Below the pieces are notes generated by a model, which saw nothing but the letters and a program-made list of their open reading frames with translations, was not told the origin of the DNA and ran no database searches. Shown piece after piece: positions 30,490 through 39,498 of a DNA stretch of 64,000 nt (the first letter of the stretch is position 1; each line of letters opens with the position of its first letter). Position numbers and translations under genes: made by a program. The stretch is from Candidatus Omnitrophota bacterium. GTDB taxonomy: Bacteria > Omnitrophota > Gorgyraeia > Duberdicusellales > 4484-171. The stretch lies in contig JAAEQW010000256.1 in the NCBI GenBank assembly GCA_024231025.1, positions 66,954 through 130,953 on the forward strand, in the 5' to 3' direction.

Positions 30490-31062
30490 CTAGTCAATAA
30501 TTCCTTTTAATTCTTTGGCGGTTAAGCAGGCGATGCCCAATTTTTGAGCCCATTTCACGAGGCCGTTGTCTGAAGTTGCGATACAAGCACCCAATTCTTG
30601 TGCCAGAAGGATCAAGTCGAAGTCTTCTTTGCTGTCAATAATGCCTTCTCTTAAAGCGGTGCGAAATTCAACACGGAGACTTTTTATTGTTTCCTGTTCC
30701 TGATCGCTGGAAGCTTTTGTTCCTTTGCGAGTATATTTTTCAGCGATTCTTAAACCTTTATTGATTCGTGCGCGAACCTCTTCAATAAATTCATACACCA
30801 TTAGCGCCGGAACAGATGTTTGGTATGAGGAAGGAGGTTGTTTTTTAATCAATATTGATTTTTTTGCTTCCGGTTCTTTTTTTAAAAAGTTTGATAATTC
30901 TTCCCATATCGAAGGGGGCATATAGCAGTTAATTTCTTGTTTTTGGTGTAACTTGTCCAGAAAAAAGTCTAAAGCATTATCGGTGGTTTTCCCGAAAAAA
31001 TGCCGTGAGTCGGGATTTACAAAAATACTGGTATCAAGAATGATGTGTTTGATTTTTTTCAT
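30490..31062 (-). CDS. PIN-domain protein (predicted nuclease)
   Basis: N-terminal HIILDTSIF (PIN Asp) and acidic residues downstream. Confidence 0.5.
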   Translation of the reverse strand: MKKIKHIILDTSIFVNPDSRHFFGKTTDNALDFFLDKLHQKQEINCYMPPSIWEELSNFLKKEPEAKKSILIKKQPPSSYQTSVPALMVYEFIEEVRARINKGLRIAEKYTRKGTKASSDQEQETIKSLRVEFRTALREGIIDSKEDFDLILLAQELGACIATSDNGLVKWAQKLGIACLTAKELKGIID

Positions 31063-31096
31063 ATGTGTTTTGTTTCTTATGATCTGTGTTGAGAAT

Positions 31097-31268
31097 AACC
31101 AAAATATGTTTACAACTAAGAAGAAGCAAAAACCAATTTTCTTGGCACCACTTAAGTCATCCAGCGATGACTTTCGTTGGCGCTTCGGCCTTAAAAATCC
31201 TTCGCTTTACTCAGGATACCATGCTTTTAAGGCCTCAGGGCCTGCCTGGAAAACTGTTTTTACTTCTT
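31097..31268. repeat. ~170-bp structured repeat, copy A; its terminal inverted repeats are AAGAAGCAAAAACCAATTTTC and GGAAAACTGTTTTTACTTCTT
   Basis: About 88% identical to 51088-51259. An internal hairpin GGCCTTAAAA..TTTTAAGGCC covaries with the other copy. Confidence 0.75.
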
Positions 31269-31436
31269 GCCCCCTTGTCTCTTGTCTATGGTCTCTTGTC
31301 TATGGTCTATCCACATTTTGCAACTGACCTATTCTAAAGCATATTTTCTAATAAGGCAATTAAAAAAACAGAAATATTTAATTGACTTTTAAGCTAAAAA
31401 ATTTTACAATAGAACCATAATAAAAGGAGGCAATCA

Positions 31437-32351
31437 ATGAAATATTCCATGATTTTTGTGTGTGTTTTTGCGGTTTTTTTCTGTGGCTGTGATGAAATTC
31501 CTTTTCTTTCGAAAAAGGCGCCCAAGCAGCAAGTTGCTGTCTCTCAAAAGGTTGCCAAAGAAGAGGTAAAAATAAAAGGTCCTCTTTTGGCGAGGGTCAA
31601 CAGTTGGGCGATTGGTTTAGATGATTTTGACGGTTACTTAAACAGTTTACGCCCATTGGCCGAAGCACAGGAATTGCCAATTGATAATTACGAATTTAAA
31701 GCGAGGTTGTTAAACGATCTTGTTAAAAATCAGGTATTGGCGCAGATTGCCATCGAGCAAGGGCTGGACAAAGATGAAGATATCGCAAGAGCGATGCGCG
31801 ATTACAAAACCACACTTCTTTCTTCGAAAATAAGAGCTAGCTTAGAAAATACAGTGGTAGTTTCTTATACCGAGTTAGAAGAGTTTTACGAAAAGAATAA
31901 AGCGTTTTTACGGAAGCCTCAAGAAGTAGACGTAAGCGAAATTGCATTAAATAGCGAGTTTGAGGCTAAAGAGGTGTATATTAAAATATTACAAGGTGAA
32001 GAATTCTCTTCTCTAGCACGGCGTTTTTCGGTTCTTGATAGCGCGAAAGATGGGGGAGCTTTAGGATTTTTGACTTATGATCCAGAGATAAAGTTTCAAA
32101 AATTTTGGGAAACCGCCGCAGCGTTAAAAAAAGGCGCTACTTCAAATATTTTCCAGGATGAAGTAGAAGGCAAGTGGTATATTGTTAAACTAAACGATGT
32201 TCGAGGCGGGCAAGAGATTCCTCTTGCTGAAGTTGAAGAAAATTTAAAGGCAGGATTAAAAGCCAATAAAATAGAGGAACAAGTCACCAATATGGCTGAT
32301 TCGTTCAAGGCAAGGGCAAAGGTTGAAATAAACGAGGATTTAATAAACTAA
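31437..32351 (+). CDS. Secreted parvulin-type peptidyl-prolyl isomerase (SurA/PrsA-like)
   Basis: Signal peptide and a PpiC rotamase domain (FSSLARRFSVLDSAKDGGALGF). Confidence 0.7.
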   Translation: MKYSMIFVCVFAVFFCGCDEIPFLSKKAPKQQVAVSQKVAKEEVKIKGPLLARVNSWAIGLDDFDGYLNSLRPLAEAQELPIDNYEFKARLLNDLVKNQVLAQIAIEQGLDKDEDIARAMRDYKTTLLSSKIRASLENTVVVSYTELEEFYEKNKAFLRKPQEVDVSEIALNSEFEAKEVYIKILQGEEFSSLARRFSVLDSAKDGGALGFLTYDPEIKFQKFWETAAALKKGATSNIFQDEVEGKWYIVKLNDVRGGQEIPLAEVEENLKAGLKANKIEEQVTNMADSFKARAKVEINEDLIN

Positions 32352-32360
32352 GGTGGAAAA

Positions 32361-33338
32361 ATGAAAGATAAAATTGTACCGTTGGCGATCGGCATAATTC
32401 TTGCGGCAGTTGCCACATTTATGATTAAGTCATATTTGGATGAGCAAAAAAAAGAAATGATTCAGCAAACTCGCGAAACAGTGATCAGCATGCGCGAAAA
32501 TCAGTCTGCCGTGTTTGTTGCAAGGAGGGATATCCGCAAAGGCGTTCCCATTCAGGCTAGTTTAGTGGATACGGCAGTGCTTGATAAACGCAACGTTAAT
32601 CCAAAAGCAGTAAGGTATTTTAGTGAAATTGAGAATAAGTCAACAGCAAAAGCTATTCGTGCGGGTGAGCAAATCACAACCGATGCCCTAAGAACTACTC
32701 GCATAGAAGCCGGTGGTCCTGGTGGCGGTCCGGTTACTTTTTCGATGGTTATTCCCGAAGGCAAGCGGGCGGTTTCGGTTTCGGTTGATAACGTTGCTTC
32801 AATTGTGCATATGATGCGTCCCGGGGATCACGTTGACGTTTTTGCGATAATCGCTTTTCCTCTGCCGGGGCAGCAAGGCAAACAACTTATGAATATTCCT
32901 CTTTTTCAGGATGTGGAGGTTTTGGCAGTGGGCGACCAGTTTAGTGAATCCAAATTAGCCAAGGTTGGGTCAAGCATAAAAAAGCTAGTTAACGAGAAAA
33001 AGAAAGATGAAAAGAAAAAGAAAGCAGCTAATAACCCAGCGATTACCCTTGCCTTAGATCCTCAAGAGGCCAACATAATTTCTTTCGTTCAAGAAGAAGG
33101 CAAAGTAAGACTTGCTTTACGTTCGCCAAACGATACTAGTAAAGTTAATTACAGAGCGCAAGTTGCTCAACAGCAGGTGGCACCATTAGTTACTACGCAG
33201 TCGTTTTTTCAGTATTTAGCGGCTAATGGATTAGTTACTCTTCCTAAACCAAAACCAACAGCGCCACCAAAACCCAAAGGTCCTCAGGTCGAAATATATC
33301 GCGGCCAGGAGAAGGAGGTTAAAACACTTAGAAAATGA
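32361..33338 (+). CDS. cpaB: Flp/Tad pilus assembly protein CpaB/RcpC-like
   Basis: N-terminal TM then the SAF-like VARRDIRKGVPIQASLVD. Confidence 0.7.
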   Translation: MKDKIVPLAIGIILAAVATFMIKSYLDEQKKEMIQQTRETVISMRENQSAVFVARRDIRKGVPIQASLVDTAVLDKRNVNPKAVRYFSEIENKSTAKAIRAGEQITTDALRTTRIEAGGPGGGPVTFSMVIPEGKRAVSVSVDNVASIVHMMRPGDHVDVFAIIAFPLPGQQGKQLMNIPLFQDVEVLAVGDQFSESKLAKVGSSIKKLVNEKKKDEKKKKAANNPAITLALDPQEANIISFVQEEGKVRLALRSPNDTSKVNYRAQVAQQQVAPLVTTQSFFQYLAANGLVTLPKPKPTAPPKPKGPQVEIYRGQEKEVKTLRK

Positions 33339-34915
33339 GAAAAAAAACTATAATTACTCTTGGTATTATCGGATGTTTGCTTGGTGGTGTCTTAGGCCAT
33401 TCTCAGGATTTTATTGAAGAGATCACCCTAATTTCCGGAGAAACTGTTTCAGTACCGGTTTATTCCCCTAAGAAGGTGGGGGTTGCCGATCCTAATATTG
33501 CCGATATCGTAACCACAAGTGATAGGGAAGTTGTTTTAATCGGCAAAATGAAAGGAAGAACAAGCTTTTTTGTGAATGACAGCACCGGTGATTACACCTA
33601 TAAGGTGCAGGTTATTCCTGAAGATATGGATCATTTACTCAAACGTGTGCGCAGTATCCTTAAGGACATGAGCTTAAAGGACGTAAAAGTAAAACCAGTT
33701 GCCGACCAGGGTAAAGTTTTACTTATTGGAAGCGTGCGCACCGTAGAAGACAAAGAGCTTTTAGAGGTTGGTTTGGGGGAATTATTTCCTAAAGTAACCG
33801 ACTTGGTAAAGATCGAAGAAGCGGCTCTTGTTGAAATTTTAGTTGAAGTGTTAGAGATGAGCACCGGCGCAACCAAAGAACTTGGTTTTGTTCCGCCGCG
33901 AACGGTTACTTTTGCTGAAGCCGCCGTTCCTCCTGCTGGGATTTCAGCAACAAGTTTGGTAAGAATTGCTCCGCTGCAGCGTTCTGATGTATACAGTTGG
34001 AAGTGGGACATGCTCGAAAGCGAAGGAAAAGTAAAGGTTCTTTCACGTCCGCGGGTGATATGCCAGAGCGGTAAAGAAGCAGAAATTTTAGTTGGCGGCG
34101 AAGTGCCGATATTTACAACTTCGGTTGCTAGTGCCGGCGGAGAAGGAACAACAGTTGAATATAAGGAATACGGCATAAAGCTAAAGATCAATCCTACCGT
34201 AACCGCGACCGAAAGAGTTGAGTTGGGCTTGAAAATTGAGATAAGCGAACTAGGTGAGGCCGAATACATTGGTACAGCGCTTGACCCTACCGCCAGAGCT
34301 TATCCGATTAAAAAGAGAGATATCTCTACATCACTTCATCTTACCGATGGTTCGACTCTTGCTATTGGTGGGTTGATAAGACAAAAAACAAGCGAAGATT
34401 TAATCAAATTTCCTTGGTTATCTGAAGTCCCTGTTTTGGGTGCTTTTTTTCGTCATAAGAAAAGCGAAAGCGGTGAAGGTTCAACTGCAAAAGGCGACAC
34501 TGAACTTTACATAACCATTACGCCGAAGGTTGTTTACACTGCTGATCCTAAAAGCCTAGAAGAGAAGCGTGTGATCGCCCAAGAAGAAAAGTTTATTGAT
34601 AAGTACAAAAAGTCGGACATTCCCGAAGAGCTGCAAAATTATATTTTAGAAATTCAAAGAATGATTCTAGCTAATATTAGCTATCCTTCGGTGCTTGTTG
34701 GTACCGGATGGGAAGGCAATATTGCCTTAAGACTTACAATTGTAGAAACCGGAGAACTAAAAGAGGTGCAGGTTCTTAAAGCTTCAGGCTATAAGATTTT
34801 TGACGAGCAAGCCTTAAAGCTCGTTAACTCTTTAAAGTATGCTCCGTTTCCTTTTGATAAGCCGTTAGAAGAATTAAAAATTGATGTACCGATAGTTTAT
34901 CGCGAAGGAAATTAA
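33335..34915 (+). CDS. cpaC: Secretin (CpaC/RcpA-like) fused to a C-terminal TonB_C domain
   Basis: Secretin core LSRPRVICQSGKEAEILVGGEVPI. The C-terminal ~90 aa (YPSVLVGTGWEGNIALRLTIVETGELKEVQVLKASGYKIFDEQALKLVNSLKYAPFP) match the TonB C-terminal fold. Confidence 0.75.
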   Translation: MRKKTIITLGIIGCLLGGVLGHSQDFIEEITLISGETVSVPVYSPKKVGVADPNIADIVTTSDREVVLIGKMKGRTSFFVNDSTGDYTYKVQVIPEDMDHLLKRVRSILKDMSLKDVKVKPVADQGKVLLIGSVRTVEDKELLEVGLGELFPKVTDLVKIEEAALVEILVEVLEMSTGATKELGFVPPRTVTFAEAAVPPAGISATSLVRIAPLQRSDVYSWKWDMLESEGKVKVLSRPRVICQSGKEAEILVGGEVPIFTTSVASAGGEGTTVEYKEYGIKLKINPTVTATERVELGLKIEISELGEAEYIGTALDPTARAYPIKKRDISTSLHLTDGSTLAIGGLIRQKTSEDLIKFPWLSEVPVLGAFFRHKKSESGEGSTAKGDTELYITITPKVVYTADPKSLEEKRVIAQEEKFIDKYKKSDIPEELQNYILEIQRMILANISYPSVLVGTGWEGNIALRLTIVETGELKEVQVLKASGYKIFDEQALKLVNSLKYAPFPFDKPLEELKIDVPIVYREGN

Positions 34916-37056
34916 TGGCTCAAACCATTGTTTTGTTTAGTACCAAGGGAGGAACAGGTAAAACCCTGATTTCTGCCAATCTTGCCTTTAGCCTCGCTAA
35001 GCTTAAGAAAAAAGTTTTACTCATTGATGGCGATTTAGATGTTGTTGGCAATATGGCCTGGATGCTTAATGTCTCTCCAAACAGGTCTATGGCCGATGTT
35101 ATGTATCTTTTGAAAAGAAAGAAGGTGTTTGATATTGGCGAATATATCACAAAAAAATATCAAAATGTTCACTTTCTTCCCTGCATTCTTAAGCCTCAGC
35201 AAAGTTCGCATTTTGATCCCGATTTGATAAGAGAAGTTATTGAGCCGTTACGTGAAAATTATGACTACATAATTATTGATGGCGGAAAGGCTTTTAGTGA
35301 AAGTTTGATCAGATTTTTTGACGAAGCAAATCTATTTTCATTAATTGTTACACCGGATGTTATTTCGGTTTATCAAACCAAATGGGCATTGGATACATTA
35401 CAATCTTTGTATTTTCCTCTTAAAATGTTGAAAATTGTTCTAAACCGTGCCGAATCGCTTGCGAGCATAAGCTTGCAGGAGATAAAATTAGTTTTTCCTT
35501 GTGAAGTAATCGCTAAAGTTCCTTCCGAAGGTAAAACAGCGATGCTTTCGGTTAACAAGAAAGTTCTTCTAGTAAATGAATTTCCCTTTAGTAAGATAGC
35601 AGCTTCAATAAAGCAATTTGCTAAAGATTTAGTTGATCGATCAGATATTTTTCTTCAGCGTAAAGAGATAAAAACGATTAAAGGCGAATTCGCAAAGAAA
35701 AAAGATCTTTGGGAAAAGCAAGGCCTGAAAGGAAATTTGGAATCCGAACTCAAAGAAGACCAAGAGTATGACGAAATCTCAATGCTAAAGCAAAAAATCC
35801 ATCAAAAGTTAATTGAAAATCTTAATTTGAAAAAAATGGATTATGAGAGTTTTTCTGAAATCGGAAAAGCTAAAGAAATAAGAAAACGCGCCGAACGCCT
35901 TATTGGCGAATTTTTAGCCGGCGAAACACATTCTTTAATTGGCTCGGTCGAAACCAGAAAAAAGCTTACTCTTGAAATTATTGACGAAGCGCTAGGCTAT
36001 GGTCCGTTAGAAGATCTTCTAAAGAACCAAGACATAACTGATATTATGGTAAACAATAAAGATGAAATTTACATTGAAGAAAGAGGCAAATTACAGCTTA
36101 CCAGTAAAAGATTTGTTTCTAACGAACAGGTAAAAACAGTAATCGAACGAATTATAGCTCCGATTGGCCGGCGGATTGATGAAAGTTCTCCTTACGTTGA
36201 CGCGCGTCTTCCTGATGGATCGCGGGTTAACGCGATAATCTCTCCATTAGTTTTAACTGGTCCGACATTGACGATAAGAAAATTTAGAAAAGAGCGCTTT
36301 AAACTAAAAGAACTTATTGAATATGAAGCGTTAAGCGAAGACATGGGCAAATTTATTGAGGCGTGTGTTTTAGCACGAAAGAATATAATTGTTTCCGGTG
36401 GTACCGGAAGCGGCAAGACGACAGTGTTAAATATTTTGTCTTCTTTTATCCCTGACGATGAACGTATCATAACCATTGAAGATGCCGCAGAACTTAAGCT
36501 TGATCAGCGTCACTGGGTAAGACTCGAATCACGTCCGCCTAATATAGAAGGTAAGGGGGCAATCGCTATTCGGGATCTTTTTAAGAACACCTTACGAATG
36601 CGTCCGGATAGAATCATTGTTGGTGAGTGCCGCGGGGTTGAATCGTTAGACATGTTACAAGCAATGAATACCGGCCATGACGGCTCAATGACAACAATCC
36701 ATGCTAATTCTACCCATGATATTTTAACTCGTCTTGATTCAATGATTCTAATGAGTGGAGTGGAGTTGCCGCTGCGTGCGATACGTGAAATGATCGCTTC
36801 AGCAATTCACATCATTGTGCATACTCAGCGCCTAAGCGATGGAAGCCGAAAAGTTGTTCAGGTTACCGAATTAACAGAGCTTGACGATGATATGCATATA
36901 AGTCTTAAAGATGTATTCAAATTTAATCAAACCGGCCTTGGCGAAAATGGTGAAGTGCAGGGCTACTTTGGTCCTACCGGATATATTCCTTCCTTTTATG
37001 ATGAAATAAAGGTGAGGGGGATACCTCTTCTTGAAGAAATTTTCAAGCCTAAATGA
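34915..37056 (+). CDS. cpaF: Fusion of a ParA/MinD-like CpaE/TadZ domain to a CpaF/TadA secretion ATPase
   Basis: N-terminal deviant Walker A STKGGTGKT; C-terminal VirB11-like SGGTGSGKTT with Asp/His boxes. Confidence 0.8.
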   Translation: MAQTIVLFSTKGGTGKTLISANLAFSLAKLKKKVLLIDGDLDVVGNMAWMLNVSPNRSMADVMYLLKRKKVFDIGEYITKKYQNVHFLPCILKPQQSSHFDPDLIREVIEPLRENYDYIIIDGGKAFSESLIRFFDEANLFSLIVTPDVISVYQTKWALDTLQSLYFPLKMLKIVLNRAESLASISLQEIKLVFPCEVIAKVPSEGKTAMLSVNKKVLLVNEFPFSKIAASIKQFAKDLVDRSDIFLQRKEIKTIKGEFAKKKDLWEKQGLKGNLESELKEDQEYDEISMLKQKIHQKLIENLNLKKMDYESFSEIGKAKEIRKRAERLIGEFLAGETHSLIGSVETRKKLTLEIIDEALGYGPLEDLLKNQDITDIMVNNKDEIYIEERGKLQLTSKRFVSNEQVKTVIERIIAPIGRRIDESSPYVDARLPDGSRVNAIISPLVLTGPTLTIRKFRKERFKLKELIEYEALSEDMGKFIEACVLARKNIIVSGGTGSGKTTVLNILSSFIPDDERIITIEDAAELKLDQRHWVRLESRPPNIEGKGAIAIRDLFKNTLRMRPDRIIVGECRGVESLDMLQAMNTGHDGSMTTIHANSTHDILTRLDSMILMSGVELPLRAIREMIASAIHIIVHTQRLSDGSRKVVQVTELTELDDDMHISLKDVFKFNQTGLGENGEVQGYFGPTGYIPSFYDEIKVRGIPLLEEIFKPK

Positions 37057-37083
37057 AATTAAATAATTGGAGACAAACAGCTA

Positions 37084-37205
37084 TCTAACTAAAAATGTAA
37101 AACGCAAAGCGTAAAATCATAATTCAAAACTAAAAACTTATTCCGAATAGAGAATTTGTTTAATTTTGGATTTTAAGTTATGGTTTTGCATTTTTCGTTT
37201 TTAGT
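37084..37205. repeat. Hairpin-forming inverted-repeat element, copy B
   Basis: CTAAAAATGTAAAACGCAAAGCGTAAAATCATAATTCAAAA with an inverse arm 40 bp downstream. Confidence 0.65.
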
Positions 37206-37223
37206 TGTAGAAACCATGGATTA

Positions 37224-38645
37224 TTGATGCATCGACAAAAAGCGAAATTAAAAAATTTAATTTTAAAATCTTTTAAAAAGAATCCTTATTTTGGTGTACG
37301 TAAGATCGCCAAAGATTTAAAAGAGAAACACAATATCTTTGTTTCAAAAAGCTATGTTCACAAAATTCTAACCCAACAAGAGCCCGATGCGCAAACCGGC
37401 TGTAAAAAAAGTATTCTCGCCTATAAGAAAAAACACCTTGATGACTGCGGAGCGTTTTTGTTGCGGGCGATAGATTCGCACCTGGGATTATTCAACAATC
37501 TAACTAGCCTATTGCAGCCACATTTTCCTAAGTTGCAAGCGAAACTCCTTAAGAAAATTATTGTTTTCTTTTCACTTTCTTCATTTTTAGGATACGACCT
37601 AAACCAGGCATCAGAAGAAAAAAGCCTGCTTAGGGCCGCGGATTTATATGTTTATCCAGCTCGAAATATAAAATACTTCCTAGATCAGTTGAATGATTGC
37701 AAGCCGACGATCAGCCTTGACAATTTTGCTAAAAGCTTAGTTTCGGTGGCAAGCGTGAAATTTTCTTTTGTAAATGGCACAAAAAGCTATTGTGATGGGA
37801 GTTTTTCTTGTTTTTGGGGTAAACCTGCATTTATTGATGAATTTTTTGTTCCTTATAGTTTGGCACAAAAGAGAGTAAAGGCGATAATAAAGAATAAAAT
37901 CATCATGATCAACTATACTAAGAGTTTTGACTATCTTTCGTCGTTAACCACGAGTTTTATTGATGGTTTAGCAAGCGGAATAAAAACAATCGAACTTCTC
38001 GACAAAAAAGGTAATGTTTTGGAGGAATTTACTCCACCTCCGGTGAAAATGTCTTTTTTGATTGGATATTACCCCCAAATTCTCTCTAAAGGGGTGGTTT
38101 TTTTGCGTAAATCAGCCCGTTTTAAGAAATTTGACGCAATAGATGGCGATATCCACTATATTTCGGCCCTGGCTAGATTTTTACAACCAAAAGGGAGCAA
38201 AGGGCTTATATTAAATAGTGTACTTATTAACCGAAAACGTCAAAGTTTGCCTTCGTGGGGACTGCTTACCGATAAGCGGTCAAATTTCACTCTTTTTTTA
38301 AAAAGGTATCTTAATTCTTGGCCGTATATGGATAAGGTTTTTAAGGAGGAGATGGAGTTAGTTGAGAAGTTTTACACGCAAAGCAATAAAACAAAGGAGT
38401 TGGGCGATTTTGTGCCCGAGCACGTAGTTTTGAGTAAATTTGACGATTTCAAGGGAATTGGCGCTATTTTGGCGGCTGTTTTCAGGGATCGAGTGGCTCG
38501 GGTTGAATTGAGGGGCAAAAAGGGCCAAGTTGCCACCGGTAAAGATTATTTGCGAATTAAACTCTTAAGATTCTCTCCGGCATTTAAGAGGAAGTTCAAC
38601 AAATTCTCATTCTCAATTGATAAGCGCAATGTTTTCCTCATCTAG
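37224..38645 (+). CDS. Hypothetical protein with an N-terminal HTH-like region; candidate transposase-like cargo between two inverted-repeat elements
   Basis: A 473-aa ORF flanked by element copies B and C. Only the N-terminus (FGVRKIAKDLKEKHNIFVSKSYVHKIL) resembles transposase HTH modules. Confidence 0.45.
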   Translation: MMHRQKAKLKNLILKSFKKNPYFGVRKIAKDLKEKHNIFVSKSYVHKILTQQEPDAQTGCKKSILAYKKKHLDDCGAFLLRAIDSHLGLFNNLTSLLQPHFPKLQAKLLKKIIVFFSLSSFLGYDLNQASEEKSLLRAADLYVYPARNIKYFLDQLNDCKPTISLDNFAKSLVSVASVKFSFVNGTKSYCDGSFSCFWGKPAFIDEFFVPYSLAQKRVKAIIKNKIIMINYTKSFDYLSSLTTSFIDGLASGIKTIELLDKKGNVLEEFTPPPVKMSFLIGYYPQILSKGVVFLRKSARFKKFDAIDGDIHYISALARFLQPKGSKGLILNSVLINRKRQSLPSWGLLTDKRSNFTLFLKRYLNSWPYMDKVFKEEMELVEKFYTQSNKTKELGDFVPEHVVLSKFDDFKGIGAILAAVFRDRVARVELRGKKGQVATGKDYLRIKLLRFSPAFKRKFNKFSFSIDKRNVFLI

Positions 38646-38671
38646 AAACTGTTGCGTTTTTCAACAGTTTC
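38645..38671 (+). terminator. Stem-loop GAAACTGTTG-CGTTTTT-CAACAGTTTC just after the stop codon; no T-tract follows
   Basis: 10-bp perfect stem overlapping the TAG stop. Confidence 0.3.
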
Positions 38672-38746
38672 TGATTACGGAGATTGGAGAAAGATTACAA
38701 CGATTAGAAACATTGGTAAATGGTGATTAGGATCAATAAATTGGCT

Positions 38747-38871
38747 AAAAACGAAAAACTAAGAACGTAGAGCCATAATTCAAAATTGTTCCGGAAACAT
38801 TACAATTTATTACATTTTCAGTAATTTTTAATTTCACGCTATGGCTTTGCGTTTTGCGCTTTTAGCTTTGC
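38747..38871. repeat. Hairpin-forming inverted-repeat element, copy C
   Basis: GCTAAAAACGAAAAACTAAGAACGTAGAGCCATAATTCAAAAT with the inverse arm CACGCTATGGCTTTGCGTTTTGCGCTTTTAGC. Confidence 0.65.
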
Positions 38872-39014
38872 GCTAACGTGATATTTTCAATTGTACAAGA
38901 ATTATAAAAATATCCGCTGAAAACGTTTACAATTTAGGTGTGTTTTTTTGAATTTCGCCTTGCTTTTGCTTAAGAGTATATGGTATATTGAAATGGTACC
39001 GAGATTAAGAAATG

Positions 39015-39150
39015 GGGGGCGGCGAAAAGGCAATCTTAAACTCGCCCTAGAGTTTAAGCGCGCAAAGCCACGGGTCCTATAAGGGCAAAAGATCAGGACG
39101 GCCGGGCTACCGAAGGTCTCTTAGAGGCGAGGTGGGCCGGTTTTTGTATT
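39015..39150 (+). promoter_or_regulatory. c-di-GMP-I (GEMM) riboswitch-like leader, copy 1, upstream of the pilin operon
   Basis: GGCAA..P1 stem-loop..CGCGCAAAGCCACGGGTCC..GGCCGGGCTACCGAA matches the Vc2 core (GGGCAAACC-P1-GACGCAAAGCC-P2-GCGGGGUUACCGA). A promoter-like TTGCTT..TATATT lies upstream. Confidence 0.65.
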
Positions 39151-39163
39151 ATAGAGGTAATTA

Positions 39164-39339
39164 TGTTAATAAGGCGCAAAAAATTGTGTGCACAAACAGT
39201 TCTTGAGTATATTCTCTTGACGGCGGCGGCAGTAATTGCCATTGCGGGGTTCGGAAAGTTTTTTAATATAATTGTAGGAGATTCCGGTGCATTAACCCGG
39301 CATTTTAATGTGATGAAGCAAAGTATAACCGGACAATAA
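39164..39339 (+). CDS. Small pilin-like protein with a class-III-like signal (58 aa; not in the ORF track)
   Basis: RBS AGAGGT; N-terminus MLIRRKKLCAQTVLEYILLTAAAVIAIAG. Confidence 0.55.
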
Positions 39340-39342
39340 AGT

Positions 39343-39498
39343 ATGAAGCGCAGAACAAAAACTCAAAGCATCGTTGAATACGTAATGCTGTTTATGATTG
39401 TGTCAGCAGCAATTATGATGACTTATAAATACCTGAACCGCTCGATGAACGCTCGCTTAAAACAGGTTCAGGAAGAATTAGAATACGAAGCATACTAA
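39343..39498 (+). CDS. Small pilin-like protein (51 aa; not in the ORF track)
   Basis: N-terminus MKRRTKTQSIVEYVMLFMIVSAAIMM. Confidence 0.5.
   Translation: MKRRTKTQSIVEYVMLFMIVSAAIMMTYKYLNRSMNARLKQVQEELEYEAY

Noticed and set aside
30953-31337. Two overlapping plus-strand ORFs (124 aa and 83 aa)
   Set aside because: They fall entirely within the ~170-bp TIR-bearing repeat and its adjacent tandem tract. They have no RBS and show no conservation with copy B at the protein level.
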